Shown one piece after another: positions 48,009-58,133 of a stretch of 64,000 nucleotides of DNA. The stretch is from a virus: the IMG/VR virus record IMGVR_UViG_3300027839_000007, positions 1 through 64,000 of that record; one strand, written 5' to 3'. The notes under the pieces are model-generated. The model worked only from the letters and a program-made list of their open reading frames with translations, did no database searches and had not been told where the DNA came from. A program made the translations under genes and the position numbers. How positions within the stretch are numbered: the first letter of the stretch is position 1; every line of letters starts with the position of its first letter.

Positions 48009-48335
48009 ATGGCAAGGAAGCCATTCAGTGTCGGATGCTTTGCTTTACTGTGGCTCTTCATAGCAGCAGTATCAGCATATGACACATTCAGATGTGTGCA
48101 GGATGCCAACTTTCTTATCGATGTCGAGTTGAATCCCGTCGCGAGATGGATACTGCGGCGAGGCGGCGTATCGCTTCTCGTGGGGTGTAAGTTCCTCGGC
48201 AATTCCCTGGTGCTCGGCGCGCTCTGTTGGATATGGGCATGTAAGCACCGTTTTTCTATTCCCATTATTTGTGTGGTAGCCCTGGTGCAGTTATTTGTGT
48301 TATTTACGTATTGTCCTAACGTTCCCTGGGGATAG
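48009..48335 (+). CDS. Membrane protein (DUF5658-like)
   Basis: Three hydrophobic segments, ELNP motif. Confidence 0.5.
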   Translation: MARKPFSVGCFALLWLFIAAVSAYDTFRCVQDANFLIDVELNPVARWILRRGGVSLLVGCKFLGNSLVLGALCWIWACKHRFSIPIICVVALVQLFVLFTYCPNVPWG

Positions 48336-48462
48336 GGATCATGTCCAAAGATTTGCAGAAATTGAAAGAGGAGCTGGCGCAGGCTGAGAGGGCCAAACTG
48401 GAAGAGCGCAGAGCTCAATTTCCATCGACATGCACTGAGAAGATGTTACGATTGCTAGCACC

Positions 48463-49206
48463 ATGAAAACAACGCTAGCCCTGGGCATGACCACCTGCCC
48501 GCGCGGTGACGAGTGTTATCTACATGCTGCTATATTGAGCCTGGTTAACGCTGGTTTCTGCCAGGACCTCCATCTCTTCTGCGAACCCGGCGCTGAGGAA
48601 ACTCCCGGGTGGCCGCAGGTTATTCGTCATGAGCACGAAGAGACTCTCGGCGCCTTTCGTAATTGGCGTTTTGCTCTACGGTACCTGCTGGATAACACGG
48701 ATGCAGACTGGATCATGATTGTGCAGGACGACACGATCTGGACTGATGACGCTGCAGACATATTACAGGAAGCCATGGATACCGTTGAGTCGCACACGGT
48801 GGGCTTCCTATCGCCGTATGCCAGCCCAGCCATGGTTGCCAAGCGGTACAAGACTTCAGGTGGCGATGCGCCGTTGCGGGAGAGCATAACTCCCCAGTGG
48901 ATAGACGCATGGCATGGTAATCGTACATCGGCGATGTACACGCAGACTTTCTGGGGCGCACTTGCGCTGTGCATCCCCAGGCGATCTGCCAGCAGGTTGT
49001 TGCGTGCGCCTCGTTTTGTAAATCACGTGCACCATCGTCAAATAGACGTTGTGGTTGGCGAGTCTTTCCGTGACGCCAATTTGTCTCGCAAGCTGTATAT
49101 CCCCAGTTTATGCGATCATATCGGCGCTATTAGTTCCCTGGGTCGGCACAAGATTCCTAGTATTGCCTGGGGGCGCAAGGGAGTGGGATTCAAAGGTAAG
49201 GCGTAG
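48463..49206 (+). CDS. GT-A glycosyltransferase-like protein
   Basis: MIVQDD, GALAL, PSLCDHIG..S. Confidence 0.6.
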   Translation: MKTTLALGMTTCPRGDECYLHAAILSLVNAGFCQDLHLFCEPGAEETPGWPQVIRHEHEETLGAFRNWRFALRYLLDNTDADWIMIVQDDTIWTDDAADILQEAMDTVESHTVGFLSPYASPAMVAKRYKTSGGDAPLRESITPQWIDAWHGNRTSAMYTQTFWGALALCIPRRSASRLLRAPRFVNHVHHRQIDVVVGESFRDANLSRKLYIPSLCDHIGAISSLGRHKIPSIAWGRKGVGFKGKA

Positions 49207-49375
49207 CGACATTGGCTGATGACCACACTTCGGGTAAACTCGACAACAGCGCGACGAACCCCATCCCGATGGCAGGTTCTGGTCGTCAGAAACTGGCCCA
49301 TGAATGCAGGGAAGCGGCAAGGAACTCGCGGGGTTCGTCGTGCTCTTCTAAATCGGATAGCCCAAGGACGGCGCT

Positions 49376-51286
49376 ATGGCGGAAACGGGGAAAAAGCCAG
49401 GTGATCTTCAACGGCCCGCCGCCGGGATACTCGCACAGCTCCTGAAAGCCAAGGGCGAGTCAGACCGGAAGAACTACCCGGCCAAGCATGACCTCCTGCG
49501 CAGGCTGATCAAGGAGAGCCCCGAGGAGTTCCGTATTGATTCCGAAGAGGGTGGAATCTACGGACTCACACACGCGCCGACGGGTTTCAGGATCCATATG
49601 CCCAGGGCTGCTGCGCCCTCCCCGGCAGACCTGGAAAAGGAAGGCGCTGGCGACAAGTACCTTGGACCAGATATGAAAAATTGGAAAAAGACGCGAGATA
49701 AGAAAGCGGGCACTGCCGATATCGTAAAGCAGGCGCTTGCCCGGCTCACCGAGAAGCAGGCCGGTAAGCCGCCGGTTCGACGAGCCCCGTTTTGGTCAAA
49801 AGAGAACTTCCTTAACATGTTTGGTGACGATAGCCGTGACCCGATGGGCCCGGGCCTGGGAACGCAGGCACTGACCAACACTGTTATGGACCGGTTTCCT
49901 GGGACCTATAAGAATTCCCCTCGGTCGGGAGTAGCGCCCCAGCAATTCGGCATCGGGGCGAGCGGAAAGACTGCCCTTATTCCCCAACCTCCACGTCGCA
50001 CATCCAACTTGCAACAGCGGCAATCGGGCTTGCAAGCCCTGGGAGCTCGCCGAGTTAAGTCGCACTCATTGCCGCATAACCAGCCCACCACTACACCTTC
50101 TTCTACGATAGCTGCCACGGTTCCACAGCACCGTCAGGGTTATGGGGCAGGGTCAGCTATGAGTGCCGGACATCGGCCACAATTTCCTGTTACGCCAGTG
50201 CCCCAGCAGATTCGCCCGGCTGCATCGCAGCAGCAGATAGCTCAGAACAAACCACCGGCTACCTCAGGATGGCGTCCAACAGCGAATACAGTTAGTACTG
50301 CAGCACCGACTGCCCCACATCGCACACCACCCCCATCTCCTTTTAAAGCACCTCGGATCGCGTCCCAACCACGCTTTATGGCACCGCAGCTCGCTTCTTC
50401 AGGATCTCCCAAGCATTTTTCCGCAACGCCAGGTCGCCCATACAACCTGATTGATAGGGCAACACAGCTGCTGGAGAAGGCAGCGCAGGATCCGCGTGGT
50501 GTGCGCGACGAGTTTGCGTCTGATGTGAAGAACGTTCTCGATTCAATTATTGAGAAGCAGGCGCAGCCCACCTTCTCCCGATTGCAGATGCCGGGCGGTA
50601 ACCAGACCATGCGGAATCTTTTCCAGGGTGTTGGCGGGCCGATCGAGCAGGGGGTCGACCTGTTCAACTCACCTTCCGACTATCTCGACGAGATGATGAC
50701 CGTCCCTTATGTGGGCGAGACGCCGCTTTACAGTGATAAGAAATCCCTGTGGGATAACATCAAGAATCTCCTCATGCGCCCGATCAACCGGCGCGAACGG
50801 CTGCGTAACGAGCGTGAGCACCTAGTGCGTACACAGTGGGCTGTTCAGTCATTAGGGGGCCACCAGGCTGGCGCACCCAGTCGCGGCTTCCCCGGACTGC
50901 CGGGACGGGGGACGTTGAACTACGGACAACAGTCATTCCAGCAGGCCCAGTCGCGCAACCTGCCATTCATTGCCCAGTTGATCCTCAACGAGCCGGGCGG
51001 ATATCGCATGGTTCGTGATACTGGAAAAGCATCCACGTGGTTGCACATGGGTTCCGGGTACCAGTTCACCGTGCCCAACAAGCCGGATCCGAAGGACTTG
51101 CTGAACATTCACGTGGAGCCGCCAAAGCAGGATATGTGGGCATCTGCACTGCGTTGGCGCCAGGGCCGCGCGACAAGTGATGACATGAAGAAGTTTAAAC
51201 TGGATAAAGCCTCACGCCAGGCTGCTGCGCAGAAGCTGCTGGAGCGGCAGAAGGCTACCCCGCCGATACTTAATGAAGGCATATAG
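49376..51286 (+). CDS. Probable virion protein with KxA motifs
   Basis: 636 aa; EKQA, EKAA, VKQA junctions; Pro-rich linker. Confidence 0.55.
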   Translation: MAETGKKPGDLQRPAAGILAQLLKAKGESDRKNYPAKHDLLRRLIKESPEEFRIDSEEGGIYGLTHAPTGFRIHMPRAAAPSPADLEKEGAGDKYLGPDMKNWKKTRDKKAGTADIVKQALARLTEKQAGKPPVRRAPFWSKENFLNMFGDDSRDPMGPGLGTQALTNTVMDRFPGTYKNSPRSGVAPQQFGIGASGKTALIPQPPRRTSNLQQRQSGLQALGARRVKSHSLPHNQPTTTPSSTIAATVPQHRQGYGAGSAMSAGHRPQFPVTPVPQQIRPAASQQQIAQNKPPATSGWRPTANTVSTAAPTAPHRTPPPSPFKAPRIASQPRFMAPQLASSGSPKHFSATPGRPYNLIDRATQLLEKAAQDPRGVRDEFASDVKNVLDSIIEKQAQPTFSRLQMPGGNQTMRNLFQGVGGPIEQGVDLFNSPSDYLDEMMTVPYVGETPLYSDKKSLWDNIKNLLMRPINRRERLRNEREHLVRTQWAVQSLGGHQAGAPSRGFPGLPGRGTLNYGQQSFQQAQSRNLPFIAQLILNEPGGYRMVRDTGKASTWLHMGSGYQFTVPNKPDPKDLLNIHVEPPKQDMWASALRWRQGRATSDDMKKFKLDKASRQAAAQKLLERQKATPPILNEGI

Positions 51287-53111
51287 TCGCATGGTATATG
51301 ACATTCGCAGGGTATTTCAGAAGATGGCGCAGGGTGCCAGGACCAGGCGTACAACGAAGGCGCTGACCGCGAATATCCCTGACTTTCCGAAAACGGAAGT
51401 TGATAATATCGCCAAGATGATCTCGGTAAGAGGTAAGAATCGCAGGAAAATGCCGTCGTTTGAAGCTACGCAAAGGTATGCTCGATCAAAAGGCTATAAG
51501 CCGCGTCGGTCTAACTTCGTCCCGGACATACAAAAAATCAGGAACCCGGATGTGTTGAACTGGAATGATCAGTTCATGCTGCAGCCCGACCTGGCCGCGG
51601 GGCGGGCGGAGATGTTTGCAGACGACAAACTCTGGGGACTGTCAGAGACTTCCCGCCCGGCCCTGCTAGAGATGATCAGGCGAAGGCAACTGCCTGCCCG
51701 GAATGCTTGGAACCGCCTGATGACGTCAGGCCGACATGGCACGCCTAATCTTCTTGAGGTACCGTCCGTTGGAGGGCGTGACACGGGCAGCCTAGGCTAT
51801 AGAACAAGCCACTTCGGTCTCGGGGATAGCATAGGCCTGTCAGGTTTTGGCGGGCCGTCCCGCCGTGATTCAGAGTTTAATTGGTTTGGCGGACACGGAA
51901 CTCCCGGGTTCCCTGAACAACCCGCCGACACTCCGTTGCAAGCTACTAAACGTCCGTCGGTAGCTATGACACAAGCAGCGGACCTTGCTGCCGATCGCAT
52001 CGGACGGCGCAATCCGCAATGGGTTGCTAGTGTGCCGAACCAGGGTCTCAGAGCTGGTGCGGCAAGTCCGCAGTTGCCGTCGGCTGTGATCGAGGGGTGG
52101 AAAGAGGCTTTGATGGGAAGCGATCCCGCTGCAAAACTTAAAGAGAACGTAGCGCTGATCGATCAGTTCGGCGGGAAACTGAGCAGTGATGGTAGTAGTA
52201 TTAAGTGGGCGGATCCGCCTTCGGCTTATGGCTCCAAGCCGACGCAGCATCAGGCACTTGATGAGTGGCTCGCTGGATTTAAATCTGGCCAACAGTATCG
52301 TCATCAGTTTGACCCCGTTGGGGCGGGTCTTCACGCAGGCGCCACGCCACCTTCTTCGGATGTTCCCGGCTTCCCGGAAAAGCTTTTAAAGGGGTTACCT
52401 CCTGAGATGGCGGCTGCGTTAAGAGCACAAAGCGGTGATATTGGCGGCCACGGCCCTCGTCGTGAGTATGTCATGGCTAAAAAGAGGATCTCGTATATAA
52501 ATCAGCTGCTTACCGCCGGGTGGGATCAACCCCTCGTCGCGGGGCAGGCTCGGCCCGGGCAGGCGCAACGCGACTTCTTTTTTGAGCAACAGCCTGCTGA
52601 TACGCGGGGTATACCGAAAAGCCAATTGGATGTCCTGGCTGACCTTCCCGTGGTGACCCGTGAGTGGCCACAAGTGGGACTGGGCCCAACTCACGGGTCA
52701 CCGCGAGGGGACGCGATGCGGTTACCAGATGCCACGGTGACGCTCACGCATCCGGGCACCGGGGACAAACTGTGGAAGACCCCCGATGCCAAGATATACA
52801 AGCTGTTGCCGGACGGGACGGGGTTTCAACAGGTATTTGGCAAACAGGTAGCCGATGCCACGACTGGTGTGGGTTCCATTGAGGAGCACGGTATCCCGGC
52901 AGGCGCGGGTGACCCGATTGACACCAGACGCACGTCGTTGCTAGAGCGGATAATGGCTGGCGGGCGCAGTAAGCCCGGCGCCAGGCCTCCAAGGGGCAAG
53001 GGTAAAGGCGGCAAGGGGCGCGGTGCTGGTGCTGGTGCTGGGCTCTATATGATTTTCAATGCATTAAATCGCGCAAAGGCAAGGGCCGGGGAACGTGCTG
53101 ATAGACGTTAA
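51273..53111 (+). CDS. Probable virion protein
   Basis: 612 aa; QKMA after short leader; low complexity. Confidence 0.5.
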   Translation: MKAYSRMVYDIRRVFQKMAQGARTRRTTKALTANIPDFPKTEVDNIAKMISVRGKNRRKMPSFEATQRYARSKGYKPRRSNFVPDIQKIRNPDVLNWNDQFMLQPDLAAGRAEMFADDKLWGLSETSRPALLEMIRRRQLPARNAWNRLMTSGRHGTPNLLEVPSVGGRDTGSLGYRTSHFGLGDSIGLSGFGGPSRRDSEFNWFGGHGTPGFPEQPADTPLQATKRPSVAMTQAADLAADRIGRRNPQWVASVPNQGLRAGAASPQLPSAVIEGWKEALMGSDPAAKLKENVALIDQFGGKLSSDGSSIKWADPPSAYGSKPTQHQALDEWLAGFKSGQQYRHQFDPVGAGLHAGATPPSSDVPGFPEKLLKGLPPEMAAALRAQSGDIGGHGPRREYVMAKKRISYINQLLTAGWDQPLVAGQARPGQAQRDFFFEQQPADTRGIPKSQLDVLADLPVVTREWPQVGLGPTHGSPRGDAMRLPDATVTLTHPGTGDKLWKTPDAKIYKLLPDGTGFQQVFGKQVADATTGVGSIEEHGIPAGAGDPIDTRRTSLLERIMAGGRSKPGARPPRGKGKGGKGRGAGAGAGLYMIFNALNRAKARAGERADRR

Positions 53112-53214
53112 AGCCGCAATTAACCTTCAGCTCGGTAGCACATAGCACATACAATCAAGGAACGCATTTAGACGTGATAATCCTCAATAGCATGGAAGCG
53201 AAAGGGTATACACG

Positions 53215-54195
53215 ATGAAGAACATGTTCAAGCTACTGCTGGTTGCAACCTTCCTGAGTGTGGCAAGCATTCCCTCGGTGCGTGACACAGCTGTATATGC
53301 CGAGGACAAGAAAGCCGAACAGAGTATTCCGGCATTTCTCCAGGACATCTCTGTCACGATTAGTGCAAATCGATCAGAGGGATCGGGCGTCGCATTCACC
53401 CGAGATGGTATCACTTTCATCTGGACGGCTGCACACGTGGTGTCTGGCCTACGTAGCACTCGTGCTGTCGTGGATCCTATGACGGGTGCCAAGCGTACGA
53501 TCATTGAGTTTGCCGATGCGCAGATCATTAAGACCCTGGTTGAAGATGGCCGGACAGTCGGTCGCATCGAAATGGATGCCAAGGTCATTCGTTACAGTGA
53601 TGCAGATCACGGCCACGATCTGGCGCTTTTGCGAGTCAGGAAGAAGAACTTCATTGCGACTTCTTCCAGGTTCTACCTGGATGAGAAGATCCCTTCGTTG
53701 GGCACGCGCCTCTTTCACGTGGGCTCCCTACTTGGCCAACTAGGCTCAAATAGCATGACGGCAGGAATCGTGAGTCAGCATGGGAGAGTTTTGAGCGGCC
53801 TCAATGGTGTTTTTGACCAGACTACCGTGACGGCATTTCCTGGCTCGTCGGGTGGTGGTGTTTACCTGGAAGATGGTCGCTACATTGGTATGCTGGTGCG
53901 CGGTGCTGGTGAAGGCTTCAACTTGATCGTACCTGTTCGCAGAATGCGAACATGGGCCAAGGAAGCCAATGTCGAGTGGGCCATGGATCCCACGGCGAAG
54001 ATGCCGACCCCGGAAGAACTGAGTAAGCTACCGGTTGAGTTTACCGGTACCAAGTTTTCCGCTAACGCGGGTACTGACGCGGATAAGAAGAAGGCTAACA
54101 AGAGCTTTCCACGTCAGATCAGGACCAGGTCAATTTTTCCGTTCTCTCCCGAGTCTGCATCCAAGCGAAAGCCTCTTTTGGTTGAACCGCGTTAA
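53215..54195 (+). CDS. Trypsin-like serine protease with signal peptide
   Basis: TAAHVV, DLALL, PGSSGGG catalytic triad motifs. Confidence 0.88.
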   Translation: MKNMFKLLLVATFLSVASIPSVRDTAVYAEDKKAEQSIPAFLQDISVTISANRSEGSGVAFTRDGITFIWTAAHVVSGLRSTRAVVDPMTGAKRTIIEFADAQIIKTLVEDGRTVGRIEMDAKVIRYSDADHGHDLALLRVRKKNFIATSSRFYLDEKIPSLGTRLFHVGSLLGQLGSNSMTAGIVSQHGRVLSGLNGVFDQTTVTAFPGSSGGGVYLEDGRYIGMLVRGAGEGFNLIVPVRRMRTWAKEANVEWAMDPTAKMPTPEELSKLPVEFTGTKFSANAGTDADKKKANKSFPRQIRTRSIFPFSPESASKRKPLLVEPR

Positions 54196-54198
54196 TCC

Positions 54199-54212
54199 TA
54201 TTGGCGCCAATA
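54199..54212. promoter_or_regulatory. Palindromic site TATTGGCGCCAATA (copy 4 of 4)
   Basis: Intergenic, immediately before AGGAG RBS of 54226. Confidence 0.65.
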
Positions 54213-54225
54213 CAGGAGAGGTTTT

Positions 54226-54588
54226 ATGATTCGTTGGTTGATCGTCGGGTGCGCGCTTGTTTTAGCGTCACCGCAGCCTGCTGCTGAGAAGCCCGAAACC
54301 GAATGGATAAAGTTGCTCTCTAAGGAGCTTGGCGGCGAAGCTGAGCACCGTACACCTGACGGCAGCCGCGTTGATATTTTGACCGATAAAGTAGCCTGGG
54401 AAGTTGAGTGGGCTCGAAAGTGGCAGGAAGCTATTGGCCAAGCGCATTTCTACGCCCTGGCAACAAACCGTAGACCGGGCATTGTGCTCCTCCTTACAGG
54501 CGATAAGTCTGAAAAGGTATACTATCTGCGTTGCCTGGCAGTTTGCGCTAAGACAGGAATCACGTTGAGAACACACAGGATTAAGTGA
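54226..54588 (+). CDS. PD-(D/E)xK nuclease-like protein with N-terminal hydrophobic leader
   Basis: E..TPDGSRVDIL....EVE..EAIGQA..Y. Confidence 0.55.
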   Translation: MIRWLIVGCALVLASPQPAAEKPETEWIKLLSKELGGEAEHRTPDGSRVDILTDKVAWEVEWARKWQEAIGQAHFYALATNRRPGIVLLLTGDKSEKVYYLRCLAVCAKTGITLRTHRIK

Positions 54589-54959
54589 TGCCTCGTCCGC
54601 GCGTGTACGTTTCTGGGCCAATCAGCAATGGCGGGACACTTAAGTACGCGGCCCGTCTCGATAACATGTACGATGCTGTTGACGTGGGAGCTACGTTGAT
54701 CAAACTCGGTTACGCGCCCCTGATTCCGCATCTCAGTGTTATAATTGAACATAAGTACGAGGGGATTGATCAGGATACCTGGCTGGCTATTGACCTACCC
54801 TGGGTCGAGGCGGCTGACGCGCTCCTTAGATTGCCGGGAGCATCTGCTGGTGCTGACAAGGAAGAAGCCGTTGCACTGGCCAGCGGGGTACCTGTTTACC
54901 ACTCCATTGAAGAGTTGAAAGATGCCATCAATTGCTCAGGTACTCGACAAAGCTGCTGA
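54585..54959 (+). CDS. DUF4406 / nucleoside deoxyribosyltransferase-like protein
   Basis: VYVSGPIS, IPHL, ADALLRLPGASAGADKE. Confidence 0.65.
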   Translation: MMPRPRVYVSGPISNGGTLKYAARLDNMYDAVDVGATLIKLGYAPLIPHLSVIIEHKYEGIDQDTWLAIDLPWVEAADALLRLPGASAGADKEEAVALASGVPVYHSIEELKDAINCSGTRQSC

Positions 54960-56247
54960 GCTGCAGTCGTGGCGTGATGTTTCGCATGACGTGATGCGCG
55001 TGTTCAATGCTGCGCTGCCGACGGCTACGCTTATCAAAAAAGCTTCTGCGCGCTGGCCTGACGATGCCGCGTTTGTATTCCTGCAGCCGTTTACCGGTCA
55101 TGTGCACATCATGCCCGTTAACGATGAGTTCAAGAAGACTGCCAGGTGGGATCGCTTGTCCCGGCTTGACGCTGTATCTGGAGTTGAGGTGAGTCACATG
55201 ACTCCCGACCCCAGTGAATACGTGATGGTCAAGCGCGCGATCAAGATGGGTGACATCAGTCGATTTTTACGGAATATCTACGTCAAGCCGCAGGAGTGGT
55301 TGGTTGGAAAAGGCAACGCCAGCCCGCTTTCGATGATGCTTGCCGGATCTGCGATCACGGGACTTGGCGGGCTTGGACTGGGGACCTTGTGGGACAATAC
55401 AGTTGGGCCTGTTGGGCATGCCCTGGCACCAGAGTATTTCGATAAGAAGCCGCGTATGGGCAAGTGGCTGGGTATTCTTGGTGCGCTAACAGGGGCAGTA
55501 CCCGGACTTGCGGCTGGTTTGCAGCGGTCCAGTATGCACGGACCGGTATCTGGTTTTGAGCGACCATACAATAGGAGGTACCCTGACATAAATCCCAGGG
55601 CCCGCAAGAATATCAACAGGACTTGGCACGAAATTGAGAAGCTTGACCCAGGAAGCGCTGCCAAGTCACTGAAGCTGCATAACGAGTGGCGCAAGAAGAT
55701 TGGGTCTTTTGTTGATCCCAAGATGCAGAAAGCAGCGGCTGACTACTACTCCCAGATGTACATACCTTTCATCAACGTGAAAGAGTTTACTGAGCGTGTT
55801 TGGGATGGCGTTGAAAAACGTGCTTACAACATCGACCCAGTGATACAGTATCGTGCGATCGTAGGTAAACTTGATCCGGCCAACGACCCAAATGCCAACC
55901 GTATTGGTCCTGGTGGCATGGCGCTGAACGAACCCGGCATTCACGTGAATACCTTTGGTACTCCGAAGAATTACACACAAGCTAACCCATACACGTCACC
56001 AGCATCGGCCGCCATGGCTGCTGGGTTGGTGCATGGTGCCAGCGCTTCTCGCGGAGGATCTAACTGGGTGTCGCCCATGGATGTGGGTCGTATTGCAATT
56101 GGAGCGGGATCTGGCTTACTGTCTGGAATCGTGGCGGGTAAAATACTAGGAGCGCTGGCGGGGCTGTCGCCAGTAGCTGTAAATAATGTGAAGCGCATCG
56201 GTATCTGGGCTGGTGGGTTAAACGCAGCTCGTAACGCACTTATGTAA
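54922..56247 (+). CDS. Probable virion protein with Gly-rich hydrophobic segments
   Basis: DKAA, KKAS, KKTA, VKRA, QKAA, EKRA motifs. Confidence 0.55.
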   Translation: MPSIAQVLDKAAELQSWRDVSHDVMRVFNAALPTATLIKKASARWPDDAAFVFLQPFTGHVHIMPVNDEFKKTARWDRLSRLDAVSGVEVSHMTPDPSEYVMVKRAIKMGDISRFLRNIYVKPQEWLVGKGNASPLSMMLAGSAITGLGGLGLGTLWDNTVGPVGHALAPEYFDKKPRMGKWLGILGALTGAVPGLAAGLQRSSMHGPVSGFERPYNRRYPDINPRARKNINRTWHEIEKLDPGSAAKSLKLHNEWRKKIGSFVDPKMQKAAADYYSQMYIPFINVKEFTERVWDGVEKRAYNIDPVIQYRAIVGKLDPANDPNANRIGPGGMALNEPGIHVNTFGTPKNYTQANPYTSPASAAMAAGLVHGASASRGGSNWVSPMDVGRIAIGAGSGLLSGIVAGKILGALAGLSPVAVNNVKRIGIWAGGLNAARNALM

Positions 56248-56260
56248 GAGAGGATGAATC

Positions 56261-56491
56261 ATGGAAAATGGCCGTTTTTCGTTGAATGTGGCTGACTGGT
56301 TTAAAATTGGCAAGGGTGCCTTGATTGCCAGTGCTGGCGCTGGATTGACCTACCTGTCGGCCAACGTAATGGGTACCGACTTTGGTATGTACACGCCCGT
56401 CGTCGTTGCTGGGTGGTCAATCTTTGTGAACCTCGCTAAGAAGTTTATGGAAGCGAGCATGCAGGAACCTGAAGAAGAGGTCATCGAATAA
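56261..56491 (+). CDS. Small holin-like membrane protein
   Basis: Two TM segments, acidic tail. Confidence 0.5.
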   Translation: MENGRFSLNVADWFKIGKGALIASAGAGLTYLSANVMGTDFGMYTPVVVAGWSIFVNLAKKFMEASMQEPEEEVIE

Positions 56492-56493
56492 GA

Positions 56494-57015
56494 ATGCAAG
56501 CAGTACCACTACCACGACTACGACAGGTCGGCGGAGCTGGCCTGGTGTTGTACGGTTCGTCGGCTGTTGTCTACAGCCGCTTTGTCGACGTGCATACCGA
56601 TCTTGGTTGGTGGGGCCAGGCGGCGGGCATCGTTGGCAGCGGCATTGTCATGTTGGCATGGCCCTGGCTTCGTCGCATGATATTTGGTCTCGGTAGGCGT
56701 GACGACGCTGAGGTAGTATCACAAGCTATCAAGAAAGCGCTCACGCCTGACCCGGGTAGTACGTGTTGCTGCCCACCTGTGGTGGAGACTGTCGGTTGCA
56801 ACTGCTCGCACCAGTTAACCTCTAATGCGCTTAGAGATATCGAGGCGCTGCATCGTCTTGCATCGCGGTTGCGTGATCACAAAGAAGGCGCGGAGCTTTG
56901 TCGAGATATTAACGACAGCCTCTTTGATATTCATCACGCGGTTTCCAGTGATGCGGATGTAGAAGAACGTCCTGCAGAGGAGACCAGTGATGACACGGAA
57001 ACAAATCAGGCGTAG
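56494..57015 (+). CDS. Membrane protein
   Basis: Two N-terminal hydrophobic segments. Confidence 0.5.
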   Translation: MQAVPLPRLRQVGGAGLVLYGSSAVVYSRFVDVHTDLGWWGQAAGIVGSGIVMLAWPWLRRMIFGLGRRDDAEVVSQAIKKALTPDPGSTCCCPPVVETVGCNCSHQLTSNALRDIEALHRLASRLRDHKEGAELCRDINDSLFDIHHAVSSDADVEERPAEETSDDTETNQA

Positions 57016-57472
57016 TACACTAGCTGCGGTTTGCGTTTTGTCTTTTCTCTCGGGGTGTCTCTTCGCCCCGTCCTCTCAGCCTCCTCCCCCTGGGCCCCCT
57101 CCTCCGGATATCAATGCCGAGCTCAGGGGGCGAGTGGTCGAGGCCGTGCAGGATATCCCGCGTGATGACTGTCTGGCGGCCTACGGTATGTTCACAATCT
57201 TTGCTGAGTTTGTGGGCGAGGGCCGGTATGGTGACAAGATCAAGACCACGGCGGACCTATTGAATCTGTGGGGGCGTATGGTCAAGGTATCCGGGTGGGA
57301 GAAAGAGAAGTACACAAAGCTGACTGATGTGGTGGAAGAAGCGTTGCGCGACAAGGGACTTGATGTGAACAAGCCTATTGCTGATGTCAAAACTGACATA
57401 GCTGATGCGTTCCGCACTATTGGTCTTGGTTGTAAGGAAGCGGCGCTGGCTAAATCGTCGGAGGGTGCGTAG
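56987..57472 (+). CDS. Putative lipoprotein
   Basis: Lipobox LSGC, Pro-rich linker. Confidence 0.55.
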   Translation: MMTRKQIRRSTLAAVCVLSFLSGCLFAPSSQPPPPGPPPPDINAELRGRVVEAVQDIPRDDCLAAYGMFTIFAEFVGEGRYGDKIKTTADLLNLWGRMVKVSGWEKEKYTKLTDVVEEALRDKGLDVNKPIADVKTDIADAFRTIGLGCKEAALAKSSEGA

Positions 57473-57673
57473 GTGCGAGAACCCACACCTCAGGAAGAAG
57501 CTGAGAAAGAGAGCAACATAGAAAGATATAGGCAACATTATGCGAATGGTCGTAATCTAAAATCTGGAAAAAAACTGCAAGGAAGCGCAAAGAAAGAATG
57601 GAAAGCTCTTCAAAAAACAGACGAAGAGGAAGAAAATGCCGACATCGAATCAGGAGGCACAGTCGATAGTTGA
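57473..57673 (+). CDS. Small hypothetical protein
   Basis: 66-aa ORF in tight operon. Confidence 0.4.
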   Translation: MREPTPQEEAEKESNIERYRQHYANGRNLKSGKKLQGSAKKEWKALQKTDEEEENADIESGGTVDS

Positions 57674-58133
57674 GATCGTCGATGAGTACTTGGAGCAAGA
57701 CAAGGCTCGTGAACTCATGGCGAGGCTTAATGAGAACGTGGGTGCGACGACGGATAATTCGTCGTTGAAGATTAGTCTGCAGATGCTTGATGCGCTGTAC
57801 GCGCCTGATCCACCTAAGAGACATACGTTCAAGAAGATAGCAATGGCGTTGGTGATTCTCTGGCACACGTCCATTGTTATCATCAACGGTGTTGCTTTTT
57901 TTGTATTGCCGTTTCTTCTTCCGGTATGGGTGTGGGTGCCAATCGATAGCTTTATTCTGACGGTGATGTTCACCAGGGAGATTTGTCCGCTCACCAGGTT
58001 GGAGAATTCGATTCGCACATCAATTGGTCTTCCGCGTATTGGTGGTTTTGTCGGGCATTATTTTGTGCGCCCTGTCCGTCAATTGATTAGGAACAGGCAA
58101 TCTAGGAAAGTAAAGCAAAGCTCCAATGGCTAA
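57636..58133 (+). CDS. DUF2784-like membrane protein
   Basis: WH..., ICPLTRLEN..R...G...GFVGHY. Confidence 0.6.
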   Translation: MPTSNQEAQSIVEIVDEYLEQDKARELMARLNENVGATTDNSSLKISLQMLDALYAPDPPKRHTFKKIAMALVILWHTSIVIINGVAFFVLPFLLPVWVWVPIDSFILTVMFTREICPLTRLENSIRTSIGLPRIGGFVGHYFVRPVRQLIRNRQSRKVKQSSNG

